Shown one piece after another: positions 51,211 through 64,000 of a stretch of DNA of 64,000 nucleotides (position 1 is its first letter; the number at the start of each line of letters is the position of its first letter). The position numbers and the translations under genes were made by a program. Origin of the DNA: Octopus sinensis (lineage: Eukaryota); NCBI RefSeq assembly GCF_006345805.1, contig NC_043010.1:56172001-56236000 (forward strand). The letters run 5' to 3'. The notes beneath the pieces are model-generated. The model was given only the letters and a program-made list of their open reading frames with translations, searched no databases and was not told the DNA's origin.

Positions 51211-54200
51211 ACGACTCACATAGAAATAACCACAACCACAGTCACCTACAGTTCCCTAGACAGGAAACTTCTTCCTCTTTTATAGCTATAATGAATCTAG
51301 CAAAAGAACTGGAAAAAAACATCCGAGCTATCACCTACCACCATCCACCACTATCACCCCACTGCACATGCCATTAAAAAGCAATCAAATAAACAAAATA
51401 CCAAAACAAAACCATCCACTCTCACCTCAACATTTTTGCTTAATGCCCAAGGCATCAGCCCTTCCTTCAATACTCAAAAATGGAAGATAAAATTCCTGGA
51501 GGACCGGGTCGATGCCCATCCAAACCACATCCCTTTCTTCGGCCTCACTGGAACCCATCTTAGTAACCTCCACTTGGAAGCCGAGGTGAAAGTTAAAAAT
51601 TTCAAAGCCATTCGTGGGACTGCCTTTTATGTTCATGATTCATTCTCAACAGAGGCTATAAACATGTTTTCCAATAGATACTGCGAAGCAGTCGCTGTAT
51701 TCAGTCAAACCAACAACTTAACAGTAGTTGGGCTCTACAGACCACCCCAAAAGCCCCTACCATGCTTCAAGGAATGCCTCAACAGCATAAAGTGTTTCAT
51801 TCAGCAGTGTCAACCTGACAACATCTTAATGATGGAAGACTTCAACCTTCCCGGGGTTGACTGGTCTACAAACAGTCTGCCGCCAGGTTCTTCTCTCTCA
51901 ACCCCTGACAGGGAGGCAGTGGAATCGCTTCTTGACTTCGTGGATGATTTCTTCCTGTCCCAACTGGTGCTCGAACCAACGAGATGTCACAAAAACGTCC
52001 TAGACTTAATTTTCAGCAATCACACTGACACTATCCACCATATTGCAGTGGAGAAAACTCTACTCTCTGATCATGACATGGTTCTCTGTGATCTGAGATT
52101 TCACCGGCCAAAATGCAAAACAAATGTCATCCCTCTTGTTCATCCATTTGACACTATGGATTTCCACAATGCAAACTGGGAAGCGATCGGTAATGATCTT
52201 GCACAAGTCGATTGGTCCTTCACGCATACATACACACCCACTAACATCAAAAACATCAAAAAGTCCTGGCAGTCATTTGTAGACACCATTACGAATATAT
52301 GTGCAAAACACACCCCAAAACACACAAATCTAAGTGTCGAATCCCTAGAAGTAGAAAAACTCTCATCAGGAAAATTAAAAGAATTCACAAAAAAATCAAC
52401 AAGCTGAAATACTGTCAACAGCAACACACCAACCTGACTGCCATCACGTCGCTAGAGATTAAAAAACATAACCTCCAAAACAACATGATGTTTATCATCA
52501 ATAGTCAGCGAAGAACTGAAGAGGCCTGGGCTATTGAGAAGATCAAACTCAATCCCAAAGTGTTCTTTTCATTTGCAAAAAAACACAGAATCACTGGTTC
52601 TACTGTTGGCCCTCTGATTGATGAAAATGCTACTCTTCAAGACAATGCCAAAACCATGGGAGAGATATTGCAGAAACAATACTGCTCTGTTTTCAGCAAT
52701 CCTGATATGACTGATCTGGGCTGTATCTGTGATGTTACTCCTTAATGCACTTTATCGAACATAACCTTTGGCGCTCCTGATGTCTTAGCAGCAATAAAGG
52801 AAATGGAGCATAATTCAGCAGTAGGTCCCGATAGGTTCCCTGCTTGTGTCTTGAAGATGTGTCAACACCAACTTGCACCCCCTCTAGCCAATCTGTGGCG
52901 GAACTCACTGGATGCTGGATATATACCAGATGACCTTCTATCCCAGTCTGTTGTGCCAGTTTTCAAAAAAGGAAACAAATCGCTTGCCGTGAATTACCGT
53001 CCAATCTCACTCACCTCTCATATCATTAAGGTATTTGAGAGAGTGCTGAGATCGCGTATGACTCACTTCCTTGAGAGTCATAATATGCTGAACTCCAACC
53101 AGCATGGATTCCGTAATGGAAGGATTGCCTGACGCAGCTACTGCATCATTTTTATGGCATTTTGAGAGCCTTGGGAGAGGGTTCCAACACTGATGTCATC
53201 TATCTTGATTTCAGCAAGGCTTTTGACAGGGTTGATCATAAGATTCTTTTGAGAAAGCTGTCCAATATTGGTGTCACTGGAAAGCTGCTACAGTGGATCA
53301 AGTGCTTCCTGTCTAACAGAACCCAACATGTTGTAGTCGAAGGAGTCAACTCCAGCTCAGTCAAAGTATGTAGTGGTATCCCACAAGGCACTGTGTTGGG
53401 CCCACTTCTCTTCGTCATCTACATTAATGATATTGCTGACCCCATCAAACACAGTAACGTCAGAATCTTCGTTGATGATTCCAAGCTCCAGAAGGTCATC
53501 AATGGCGTGGATGAGCGAATAAGCCTTCAGTCAGACCTACTGGCTGTTCTCCAATGGGCGGAAAAGAACAACATTCGAACTGATCCACTTTGGAAGGAAG
53601 GACGCTCTGAAACTCCCATACTCCCTTCCTTCTGGAGAAATTCTCATGGCGTCTAACAACATCAGAGACTTGGGAGTGACAGTGGACAACAACATAAGCT
53701 GGGCTACACATATAAGCAGCAAAGTTGACATGGCCCGCAGAATGTGATCCTGGATTCTCAGAACCTTCCAGTCGAGAGATTCCCACACCATTATCCTTCT
53801 CTTTTCCACTTTTGCCTGACCCCACCTTGAATACTGCTGTCCACTGTGGTCACCCTACACGAAACAAAATGTTATGAGAATTGAAGCTCCCCAAAGGTCA
53901 ATCACAAAAAGGATAGATGGCATGTCAGACCTCGACTACTGGGGTAGACTAGAAAAGCTGAAACTGTATTCACTCCAACGACGCCGTGAACGCTACATTA
54001 TCTGTATGATGTGGAAAATATTCCATCAGCACTGTCCGAATGATGTTGGCATCACCTTCAAAATACATCCAAGGCTTGGCCCACGTGCCATCCGTCCACA
54101 ACAAAAATCTAAATCGTATCTCATAACAACAATACGGCACAATTATTTCACCTCAATTGGACCCGCTCTCTTCAACATTACACCAGAACACGTCAAAATA

Positions 54201-54410
54201 GAAACTGACCACACAAAATTCAAGAAGTCTTTGGACAAATTCCTTCAAACAGTCCCGGATAAACCACCCACACCCGGATATGTCTCCGCAAACAATAACT
54301 CTCTGCTCGAATGGGCCTTGGTGCCCAAATCCTAAATTGAAAGACTTCGCCAGGTGGTACTATTAAGTTAGACATGGCCTGGGCCAATACTGGCCAAAAC
54401 CTTTCTAAGT
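51211..54410 (+). mobile_element. CR1-clade LINE, ORF2 fragmented by frameshifts and stops
   Basis: VGLYRPP, EDFNLP, VLEPTR, LDLIFSN and SDH (APE); NYRPISLTSHIIKVFER, NQHGFR, YLDFSKAFDRVDH, SGIPQGTVLGPLLF and FVDD (RT); LEKLKLYSLQRRRER C-terminus. Both flanks are TA/TATC microsatellite. Confidence 0.95.
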
Positions 54411-54436
54411 TAAATTATATATCTATATATATATCT

Positions 54437-54487
<51 letters not shown>

Positions 54488-54645
54488 ATATATATATACA
54501 AAAAGCAATAAAGATTCAAGTTAATTTAAATGAATTTACTTGAATATGGTACCTAACTTAGACGCACCAAAAAAACTATACTGTTTTAACAATACAGTAA
54601 TGTGGGGTGATTATAAGCGAGAAAGAAGCAACAAGAATGGATAGG

Positions 54646-54740
54646 TTTTTAGTACAATCGTTTCATACAAGGACAGGCTTTATTAAAAGTTGCAAAAATT
54701 ACAGCATATAAACGTGTCCCGTACTCATCAGCTAAAATAC
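54646..54740 (-). ncRNA. Type I minimal hammerhead ribozyme with long helix II (HHR-3)
   Basis: Minus strand TTTTAG-CTGATGA-GTACGGGACA..(about 40 nt)..TGTCCTTGTAT-GAAAC-GATT-GTA-CTAAAA: 6-bp helix I, helix II of about 10 bp with one bulge, and minimal helix III one substitution away from the palindrome ACGATCGT. Predicted cleavage after 54653. Confidence 0.75.
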
Positions 54741-55691
54741 ATGTGAGTTCTCTAGACATCCTAGTGGTTGAGGCTATACTCATGAAGTGATGTAGATAAT
54801 TAAGTAACATAAACAGATTTCCAAAGTTCATTAAAGTTCTTTAAAGATGATGTACAGTCTTATCACAGAATATATATATATGGAAATTCATTTGTAGACT
54901 TTCTTCTATTGAAGGCATTCTAACAAAAGTGCTTCCATATTAACGGTGAAAATATTGTCAATTTCCCCAAACAGGGACACAATTCAATTTTTAAACAATA
55001 ACCAAAGCTCCTTCTCCCAAAGGGCGGTGTGGTTACAGTTTACAATTATTTAACAAAAATGCAACACAACAACGTTTCCCTTACGAGGAACCAACAAACG
55101 TGATAACAATAGTTAAACAGTAATAATAATAACAACAAACCTTATGGTGAATTAAAAAGCAGTTCGCAGTTGAAGCTATAGTCCTTTATGTATAAGAAAT
55201 AAACTAACAGCAGTACTCAGTAGAAGCGGCTGTTCGAGAAAACAGACATTACATACATCTAAACTACATATAGATACTTAATGCTAGCTAATTATCAGAT
55301 AATCTACTGTAAAAGCCGTGGTAAACGGTATGTGCACAGCTCCATCTGGACTATTCCATTTCTGCACACCAATTTTATTTTTAATTTATTCCCATTCAGG
55401 TGAAACCACTTATTTAAGTTCAAGTCATTGATGCAATTTTATACCATTTGCTATTTTTACTTTTGTTATGTTACGATTATATTATACTTTAGTTTGATTT
55501 TAATTATTACTTACTACATATAATTCAATTGTTATTATTATTTTTATTGTTAAAGTGAAAGTATCTGACATAAAATAGAGAAATGTCTTTGTTTCACTTT
55601 TAACACGTAATACTGAAATAGTGGAGAAGATATGATATTGCTATGGGCTCGCCCTAGGCAAGAAGTTGAACTTTGTTTTTTGCCCATGAAT

Positions 55692-55808
55692 CTACATGGA
55701 CCCAAAGTAAGGCATGTGTAAAATATGAATGAAATTGGTTATGTAGTTCTCAAGTTTTAGGGAAACAGACAGACAGACACACATTCTCAGTTTTATATAT
55801 ATAGAGAG
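55692..55808 (-). mobile_element. Possible Helitron-like non-autonomous element 5' end
   Basis: Minus strand TCTATATATATAAAACTGAGAATGTGTGTCTGTCTGTCTG..ACCAATTTCATTCATATTTTACACATG, a typical TC-start plus microsatellite layout; the 3' CTAG end was not found. Confidence 0.35.
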
Positions 55809-55810
55809 AT

Positions 55811-56150
55811 TGAGACCCCTCCCCCTTCGGTCAGTCATGACTGACCGTGGGATTGCACTTAGAAAGTTGCCCTCCCAGGCACAAGTCCGGGCAAGGTTGT
55901 TTATGGAAGACCAGCAGTCGTCCATGCATACCGGCCTCCCCTCTCCACGCCATCAGTGTTATCCAAGGGAAAGGCAACAGCAGATACAGCTTGGCACCAG
56001 AGACGTCGCAACTCATTTCTACAGCTGAGTGAACTGGAGCAACATGAAATAAAGTGTCTTGCTCAAGAACACAACACGCAGCCCGGTCCGGGATTCGAAC
56101 TCACAATCTCGCGATCGTAAGCCCAAGACTCTAACCACTGAGCCATGCGC
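55811..56150 (-). mobile_element. Full-length tRNA-derived SINE
   Basis: Minus strand TGGCTCAGTGGTTAG (A box) and GAGTTCGAATCCC (B box), then GTGTTCTTGAGCAAGACACTTTATTTCA and a non-tRNA body. Confidence 0.9.
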
Positions 56151-56176
56151 TTTCACACACACACATTCACACACAT

Positions 56177-56253
<77 letters not shown>

Positions 56254-57779
56254 ACACACACACGCACACACCTCCTAAAAAACACTATTCACTCAGCTCC
56301 ATCATTTCGAATGACAGTAAATAATGGGCCCTGATGAATCTGTGCCGACAGTGGCACCAGGATGCATGTCTAACAGTGTGCGGTCGAACGCGCGAAGGTC
56401 CAGGAAAGAATACTGTAAATAACTGTTTAATAAATTACAGGCAGGCAGGCAGGCAAACTGACAGACAGACGGATGATACCTGTGTTTATGATATATAATT
56501 GCAATATGTGTTGACTTATACTTAACAATGATGAAATACCTTCACAAAGATGAAATGTTCTATTAATGATTTGGTATTCACTGTTGTTCTTTAGCCCCAA
56601 GTTGAATTCGATTGAGTAAACGACGGCCGACGATCAAAAACGTTTCATCCGTGGCCATCCTTTTTCTCCGATGTGTGTGTACATAAGAACATAGGTGTTC
56701 TCTTCCAATGCAGTAGGGTGTGATATGGCTGCTATTTCTAGCAAGTCACAAGACCGTGTAAAGACTCACTCCCTTTAGAGAAAGGCGATATAGACTGGAG
56801 ATAGAACTCTCTCCGTAATCTATGGCTCTCACTCAGTTTCAATTCCACTAAAGATATTTTTTTTACCTCTGCTACTGTTATCTTGGAAGTTGGTGATATC
56901 TCAGATATATCGAAATACAGCTGATAAAGTACCAGTGATATTCTGGGGTTAAGTTACGTCCAAAACTGTCTATACCGCTCCCAACGTCTTACAAAATAAC
57001 CTTGGTACTCTGTATAAGGTTCACTTCCATCTTTGGTGGGTGGGGACCTGTCTTGAGTTTCTAAACGTTTTTGTTTAGTTACATGGGTTCAATATTGATT
57101 TAACAACAGGAAATACCTCCCCCTCCCCTGTACACACACCTAACTCTTCTTCCGTCACTAGATACATACATACATACATACATACATACATACATACATA
57201 CACACACACACATACATACATACATACATACATACATACATACATACATACATCTAATTCTATGCTTATACATACCGGAAGTCATCAGCGGTTCCTGTTG
57301 TGTAAATATTTCTACGGGTGTAAAAAGAAAGAAGTGTCAAAGGTGTGGGCGGCGGCGGTTGCGGTGTGTGTGGCGCCATTTAAAATGGAAGAAGAATGTT
57401 GTGAGGTGACGGATATCGACAGAAATTTAAAAGAAACAGTTGGGACATTTTGTTGTTTCCAACATAGGTCGGTGGTGGTGGTGGGTTGACAGCAGTGGGG
57501 GAGGGGTATGGTGCAGCTGCTGCTAGAAGATGTGTCATTGTAAAATCTGCAAAATAAACGACTCCAATCCGAAACATTGACATTTCAGAAAATCTTATTT
57601 TATTTTCAAATTGTAAATCTTAACTTGAGGGTTTGACCTTAAAACGCGACAGAACTGGCGGCGTGGCACCGGATTTAGGCTTGCTTGAAACGTTGAACAC
57701 AAAGGAAATATATTTCTATTGTAATAATCGATAAACCAGTGGTGGTGGGGGGGGGGCTCCCTCACCCCGGTTGAGGTGT

Positions 57780-57900
57780 TGTTTACTGAGTCATGCTTCA
57801 GTTGGTGCCGAGGTGAGCGAAGGAAGATATCTGTCAGCGTCCGGCAAGGAGACATCTCTGGAATGGTTGGTGGGGCGGGGAACGATGACGTCAGCCAATG
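57780..57900 (+). promoter_or_regulatory. Candidate promoter or enhancer motif cluster
   Basis: TGTTTAC (57780-86) abutting TGAGTCA (57787-93); GGGGCGGGG (57872-80), TGACGTCA (57886-93) and CCAAT (57895-99), in a CpG-richer unique segment. Confidence 0.35.
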
Positions 57901-58148
57901 AGATGTCGGCTGTAGACATCTTCAGCAGATGTTTGGGTAAGGATTGGATAGAGGGAGTCTGAGATCGATACTCACTGAAGACAGTTGACCTTACGTTTAC
58001 ATTAACAACAAACTATGGTTACAACCGACACCACCTCCACTACCCCCACCAACCCAAACACTGCTATCATCACAACATCAGCACTATAACGACCTTCAGC
58101 GTTAATTTGGTGTAGAGTGTGTAAAACTATTTTGTATGACTTACTCTA

Positions 58149-58230
58149 TAGAAAGGGACGAGCCCGTGACCCTTGCAAGAAAGGAGCGAGCCTGTGTCCC
58201 TTTCTAGAAAGGGACGAGTCCGTGTCCCCA
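58149..58230. repeat. Three tandem 28-bp self-complementary units
   Basis: TAGAAAGGGACGAGCCCGTGACCCTTGC / AAGAAAGGAGCGAGCCTGTGTCCCTTTC / TAGAAAGGGACGAGTCCGTGTCCCC. Confidence 0.85.
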
Positions 58231-59049
58231 TCAACTGCCCTGAAGCTGAGGAAATACGTTGGTGGGAGGTCATTCTAGACGTGGTACTCACGGAGCAAGA
58301 AGGACTGGATCTAATAGCTTGTACAGATGCAGAGTGCTATAAAGTAAGACGAATAATTTTGTACTCAGAACAGAACTTTATAAACGAACGAACTAAACTA
58401 TTGTAGCCATTCGAAAGCGAAGCGCGAAGTGGCGAATTGTAACTTCAATTTGCCCACGACGCAAAATGAACCGTCGTCTGTACCACAGTAAATGTGCTAA
58501 GGCGAAAAAGAAGAGTCGATTCGCAACAATGAGTCGATGTATACCTACGTCAACTGGTAGAGTCTATAATGTCTTTTTCTCCGGACTAATCGACGTAAGC
58601 TTAAATAATCAACATCACAGGATCGAATCGTGTCCACAGATTGAATGACAATAAACAATGTTTTGTATCGAGACAGCTGGGGTTAAAAGATGAACAGGTG
58701 GTATATATGAATAAGTTTTATTCCATGAGTTTACCTGTATGTGCTCAGCAAGTTTTCTACTTCGATTGGATCTTCCTAAATTTGACGAAGTAGTTTCTAA
58801 TCCAATTTGAATAACTTGATTTTTCGTATTTTCTTGATTTTGATTAATAAATAAACGCATCGACGGCTCTCTCCACCTGGTTAACGCGCCACAACTAAGG
58901 TGAAAGATCCAACTAATGCTTCATATACGAGGTTATCTCCGCTTTGTCACATGACCATCTTGCCACTTGGGATGACCTGGTCAAGTATCAAGTACATATA
59001 CTAGATCTCCCCGCCTCTACCTTGGTATACTCGTTAATTTTGGTGAATG

Positions 59050-60900
59050 TTTTGCATTTCTGGGTTTCATCATATCAAAACCATTACGAGGTTTTCTCTG
59101 GAACCTTGTTTCTGCAGGTGACTTTCCGCAGACACGCAGCATCCAGTGTTATTTTGTAGTTCATTAAAAAGAGTTGCAAAGTTTCTTCTCACTTACCACT
59201 TCTCCTCAATTTTGTGGAATGAGTGCTTAAAGGTATCTACGAATCTCTCTGCAAACTCGTTGGATTGAGGATGATAATGGGGGAGTTCTTATTGATACCA
59301 TTTTTCTTACAAAATCTTGACAAGACTTGACGTAGCTTTAGCATTGTGGCTGAAGTTGTTTGACTCATAATGAACACCTCCGGCCATAATGCGTCGACCA
59401 TAATAAAAGGGAAGTAGTTGCCATCATGAGATCCTGCAAAATCTGTGTACTCCAGAGCATGTTGCTTTGGGAAATGACCGAGGAGTGCTTATCTGAAAAG
59501 GTAATTTTGAGGCTTTTGCATATTTCCAACATGTTTGCTCAAGAGATTCGATATCTTTGTCAAATCCCGCCAATAAATGTAGCTTCCTGTTAAAGCCTTC
59601 GTTCTGGAAGTTTCTTGATGATGTGCGTGAAATTGGTTACGAACCATCTTTTTAAGATTGTTTGGAATAACAATGCGATTAGCCATCATTAAACAGTCAT
59701 TAACAACTGAGAGATAATCACGCTTCAAACTGAATTGTTGCATATCTTTATTTGCAGAGTTGTTTTTTATGATGTTTAATAAGTTCTTGGAGAACATGTT
59801 CATTTGATGTTTCTTGTTTTACCTGCTCTAAAGTAACAGGTAAACATTTGATTGAATCCATTAGCACTTGGTGAATGTCCAGTGCAATATTTGTGTTAGC
59901 AATTACGTCATCTTCTGTTACTTTATTTAGTGGTGTGTTCTATAACCCAAGCTTCTCAATCCAGTCTGTTGCAAAGATGTCCTGGTAAGGATTCTCAGTA
60001 ATGTATCAGAATCCCGAATGAATGGAAGTCGAGTCTCTTAGGGAATAAAAACATATTTTTCCTTTGATAAACAATGACTGATTGGAAACATTCTTGGCTT
60101 TTGGTTCAGTTGATAAAATGGCTGGATTACCGATTTTGTGCGATGTTTCTTCAGAAATGATGGTAATATCAGATGAAGATTCAAGTTGTAAACGTTTCAC
60201 ATGTCCATTTATCTGAACAGTAATATAATCCCTTTTTGAAATGATTTCGCGTTTAAATGTAGCGTAGACTCTATTTTATTACTTTCTGCGGTCGAATCAG
60301 ATTCAACGACTTTTCTTGTTACGAGAACGGCCTGAATGGTAACAATGTCCATAATTGTGACATTTGAAACCTTCTTTGTTCTTGCACTGACAATAATTTG
60401 CATAATGCCACTCGCCAGAATTCCAACATGTTGTTGGGTGAGAGATGTCTCATAGATCCATAAGGCGGTTTAGACTTCTGTGAACTCCAGTTTTGTTTTG
60501 TTGTGTATTTTTTGTGGTAACTGCATTAGTGGTTGAAGCTATTTTATTTCCTGCGGAATTTTGTATCATTTGATTATCACGCTTAATATTAATTAAGCGT
60601 TGACATTCAGTCGTTAGTTGTTGTAAGGTAATGTCGTCGGATACGTTCAATTTGGCTGGGACATGAGTTCTTTCATCATAGCTTGGTGAGGTCAGGCCAG
60701 ACACGAAAATTGGTTATCAATCATTGTCTATCTTTTAAATTTTTCGCATTCTTTGTTTATACGCCCAGCGTATGCAATAAAATCTTCAGGGCGTTTTTCT
60801 AATTCCAAACATTTATATCTCCTGTTAAAAAAAAAGACAAGTTAGTTCCGAATGAGTTCAGGTGACACGTGACCAAGCCGCTCCGCGGAGAAGATATCCA
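59050..60900 (-). mobile_element. Gypsy (Ty3) LTR retrotransposon remnant: gag, protease, integrase; RT and RNase H missing
   Basis: RYKCL..EDFIAYAGRINKECEKF and TLQQLTTECQRLINIKRD (gag); CW..GEWHYA..C knuckle; LQLESSSDITIISEET (degenerate DTG protease); RIVIPNNL..H..KAL..SYIYW (integrase H2C2); TDFAG..MVDA..WPEV (integrase core). LTRs not resolved. Confidence 0.85.
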
Positions 60901-61819
60901 TGTTGGAGCGGTTCAAAGTACTGGAATGGCGGTAATAAACTCTGTGTTTAAAGGGGGCAGAACGTTCATGTGCTAAAAAGAATTAAAATTCCGAGGCTTA
61001 TGAAACTGGTCATTGATTTTCAGCAGCAGATTCGGTGGAATTCGTCTCAAACAAGCCAGTCACAGACGAGCGACGAAATATGTTATTACATAAGAAACAA
61101 ATGAAAAGTGAATATAAAGGGTTTTATCTGTTGTTAAACGGTGAAATGACTGTTCGTTGATGAAACTATTTTAGCGTCAGCATTCAGTCCCAAATACTGT
61201 CATATAAACAGATACAAAACCATCGATGTTGTGTTCGCTATGACTTCTGCCATTAGAGGTACAGCAAGAGGTAATAAATAAAATGGAAGTGGCACTGCTA
61301 CGATTACAAAATAAATTTTAAATACACAAATAGGAAATTAAAAGATAAACAGAGAAATGACAATGAAACTTTTTTATAAATACACGAAGTCAAAGGAAGT
61401 TGAGAGAAGCGGAGACCTGCGCCGAGACATCAACTACGATATTGACAACATCAACAACAACGGAAACTCTTACAGTGTTGGTGGTGGTGTTGACCCCCCC
61501 CCCCCGGCTGGTGGTCACCTTTACGATGCTGTCTGATGGCGGGGAGTGGTGACATTGAATGATATGTAATCAAGAGACAAGTTTTGATGATGGCCTTAAT
61601 CCACAGTCCTGGGGTTTTAAAGATACTGTTGGAGAGGAAAAGAAGAGGGGGTGCGTGTTATAGTAATACCGTCATTACTATAAATACATTCTTGGACTAT
61701 TTTCTAAGAAGTGTTGAGATGTTTTCGAAAAAGGCTGGACAAAAGTCTCTTGCAGAGACTTTGAAGAGACACCTGTCCGGAAAAGGAATCGGACAACTTG
61801 TCTCCTTCTCCAAAACCAA

Positions 61820-64000
61820 GGTAAGTAAACTTTCCCCCTATTTTCTCCGATAGACGTGGCTTTACTCAGAGTAAGTCTTGGATCAGTTTCGAAGCAAAAT
61901 CAATAACTCATCCACTTCAAATGCCATGGTATAGACGTGGTAGCTTTTACCAAGACCAGACTGTTTGAAACGCACTCATTTGAGGCCATTTTTGACTACT
62001 ACGAAGTGTAGTCATCTTGTGGTTTGATGGAGTCGGGCGGCGAAAGGGCAGCGCTGTTCCGGAAAGAGTTAGGGTTAGAGTTAGAGGAGATCTTCCCGAA
62101 TCCAGGAGAAAAGTCGGTACTTTTAGATGTGAATGAAAGTGATGCTTTAAGACTAATGGCCGCGTGAACCACAACCGGGACAGGACGAACGGATTACTTT
62201 AGCCGTTTAGAAACTTTCTTTTAAACGGTCAAGTGGTGGCTGAGTGAAATTGTATTTTAGATGCACGATAGGATTGGGCGAGTTAACCCATAGGAGAAGG
62301 GGTGGGTGCAAAAGCCTCGAAACCCTGCTCGGAAATTTCTAAATGTCTGACAGGTACCGACTGGATTTCTAGAGGTTTTATGGGGCAACCACAATGGGTC
62401 ATCCAGTGTTTGTTAGGTTAACAAACAGGGACAGTGTAGGGTGTCCACATTTTCAACTTTTTGACAGGTCGGCTACACAGACCACAAATTTGTGATCTAC
62501 ATAATTGACTTAGACAGAACTTATAGAAGCTGGAGACTTCTTTCTCGGCAAACAAAGATTGCAATAGCCTGGATTAGCGAGCTTAGCCAACAACTGGTAG
62601 TGGAGTGCTGTGAAGAGAGTAATTAAAGCCGAGTCGAGAGCATTTAGTAAAGAATATTGACAGAGAGAAATAAATTAGAGGAAGGAGTAGTTAGCAAGCT
62701 AGGAAGAGATGAGGCTAAGAGAGGCATCGGGACTGGCGTGATGGCGGAAAAAAAATGGCCATTTTTTCAACACGAGCCAAGATTCGAGCGCTAAAACATG
62801 AAGGGACGAGAACGTTTGATGGGATGGGTTGACGGAGGCACGAGGCATCAACAATGCTTTAATTTGGTATTTGGTGGACAGGCAGGTGCCACTCGGTTCA
62901 AAACAGATGTGTGCGGCTTTCCAGCAGCACTTTGCTCGACTGTTCAGTCGAGCAAAAGGTCAGAGATAATAATGGACTTTCATTCCAACCTCGATGACCT
63001 GATGCAGTTCTCAGTGGAAAATACAAAGTAATATGGAAGGCTAAATGCAGCAACTGAGATACGAGAATGCAATGGCAGCTACGCAAGGGAGAAGTCGCCC
63101 GGTTTGAACTGTCTGCCTTACGAACAAGATGGTCACTCTCGCACGCCAGAAATGGGTTTTAGGTTAATATGCCAGACGTGTTTAGAGACTGCTTGTTAAA
63201 TACCTAACGCAATTGCCAAGAAATTGGAGAATTTTCAGTTTTGTGAGCCGAGGTATGAAAAATGAAAATGTTATAAATACCCCTCCAAAACACAGAGCTC
63301 GAGATTTTAGCTACAAAGAAGCTGACGCTTGTCGATCTGGAAAGCCCAAATGTGCGATCCCCACTAGATCCATCCCTGACAACCTCAACATCATGTGATA
63401 GATCACAGAGAAACAAACCTGGCTTGATGCAGCCCTGATCAGTTTAAAGGAGTTAACAATCGCTACTTGGCATCAGTTCTAAAAGATGCTGATTTCACAC
63501 CCGTTTGAATTGCAAGAATACACAGCAACATCTAATCGCTGGTCAGAGTCAAAGACCACCTCCCGACGGCTTTTTCATATCGAGCGCTCGATATGTCAGG
63601 GTGTTCTCTTCTATATGTGATGTCTCTCGAGCCATTGATACGGATGATGGAGCTACGGAGGGGAATCCCTTTTTGAGTTGGGATGCAGAAGAGCTGTGTC
63701 TACATACGTCAGAAATAGAACTAGTCAACATATTTCTTGAAGAATATGAGAATATGAAGTGATGGTAAGAACAAAGAGAAATCTAGAGAAGTCGGTGAGC
63801 TTTGAGGAAGGTGAGTTCAGGTGTAAGTTCCACTTTAGCCATATATAAAAACTAATTGTGAATCAAAGCAGCAACGTCGTCGAGGAAACTCTGGGCATGG
63901 ACGAGGCCGAACGACCGGGTCTGTTTCGGTGGAGTTTCAGGCCGACAACTATTACGTATGATGGAAGTCCTTGGCCTAAAAGACGGCACTGTCCAAAATA
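61820..64000 (+). mobile_element. Second, heavily decayed Tx1-clade LINE ORF2 (continues beyond the window)
   Basis: Colinear with 43633-46000: DVVAFTKTRL ~ DVIVATETRL, YTDHKFV ~ YSDHKMV, CGFPAALCS region (CAAFQQHFARLF ~ CEAFQEHFAQLF), GEKSPGLNCLPYE-type motif ~ GKAPGLDGLPYE, CAIPTRSIPDNLNIM ~ CAVPGRSIQDNLHLM. Confidence 0.85.

Noticed and set aside
56331-56375. CTGATGA followed by a good hairpin
   Set aside because: No GAAA box or cleavage triplet after the stem.
57905-57930. CTGAAGA with a GATGTC/GACATC stem (minus strand)
   Set aside because: No GAAA box follows.
58149-58230. CRISPR-like array
   Set aside because: The repeats are contiguous with no unique spacers, the context is eukaryotic, and there are no cas genes.
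58640-61100. Paired LTRs and PBS for the Gypsy remnant
   Set aside because: A purine tract near 58985-59002 could be a PPT, but no matching direct repeats or clear tRNA primer site could be identified by eye.

Overview
AT-rich eukaryotic DNA saturated with microsatellites and transposable elements. The density of (AT)n/(AC)n/(AG)n/(ATAG)n/(ATAC)n repeats and the SINE families present suggest an octopus (coleoid cephalopod) genome; that assignment is my recollection and inference, not a database result. No host protein-coding gene can be called with confidence, and most ORFs in the supplied track are microsatellite read-throughs. Recognisable content: a near full-length Tx1-clade LINE with an 11-bp target-site duplication (42066-47275); a second, older Tx1 copy running off the window end; a 5'-truncated RTE LINE; a 5'-inverted RTE tail; a CR1-clade LINE; an RT-deleted Gypsy remnant; five Tc1/mariner relics; a hAT-type MITE; Helitron/Helentron-like pieces; Penelope-like fragments; and several tRNA-derived SINEs. 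The most interesting signal is non-coding. Three sequence-unrelated, near-canonical type I hammerhead ribozyme folds occur at 32576-32634 (-), 50708-50758 (+) and 54646-54740 (-), plus two decayed relics. The first sits inside a 336-bp-period unit bounded by a perfect 63-bp direct repeat, resembling a Penelope-associated or retrozyme-like element that could make small circular RNAs. Other oddities include a head-to-head SINE dimer inside one apparent target-site duplication and a foldback mariner built from two 5' ends. A few weak exon and promoter candidates are listed at low confidence. No CRISPR, rRNA or true tRNA genes were found.
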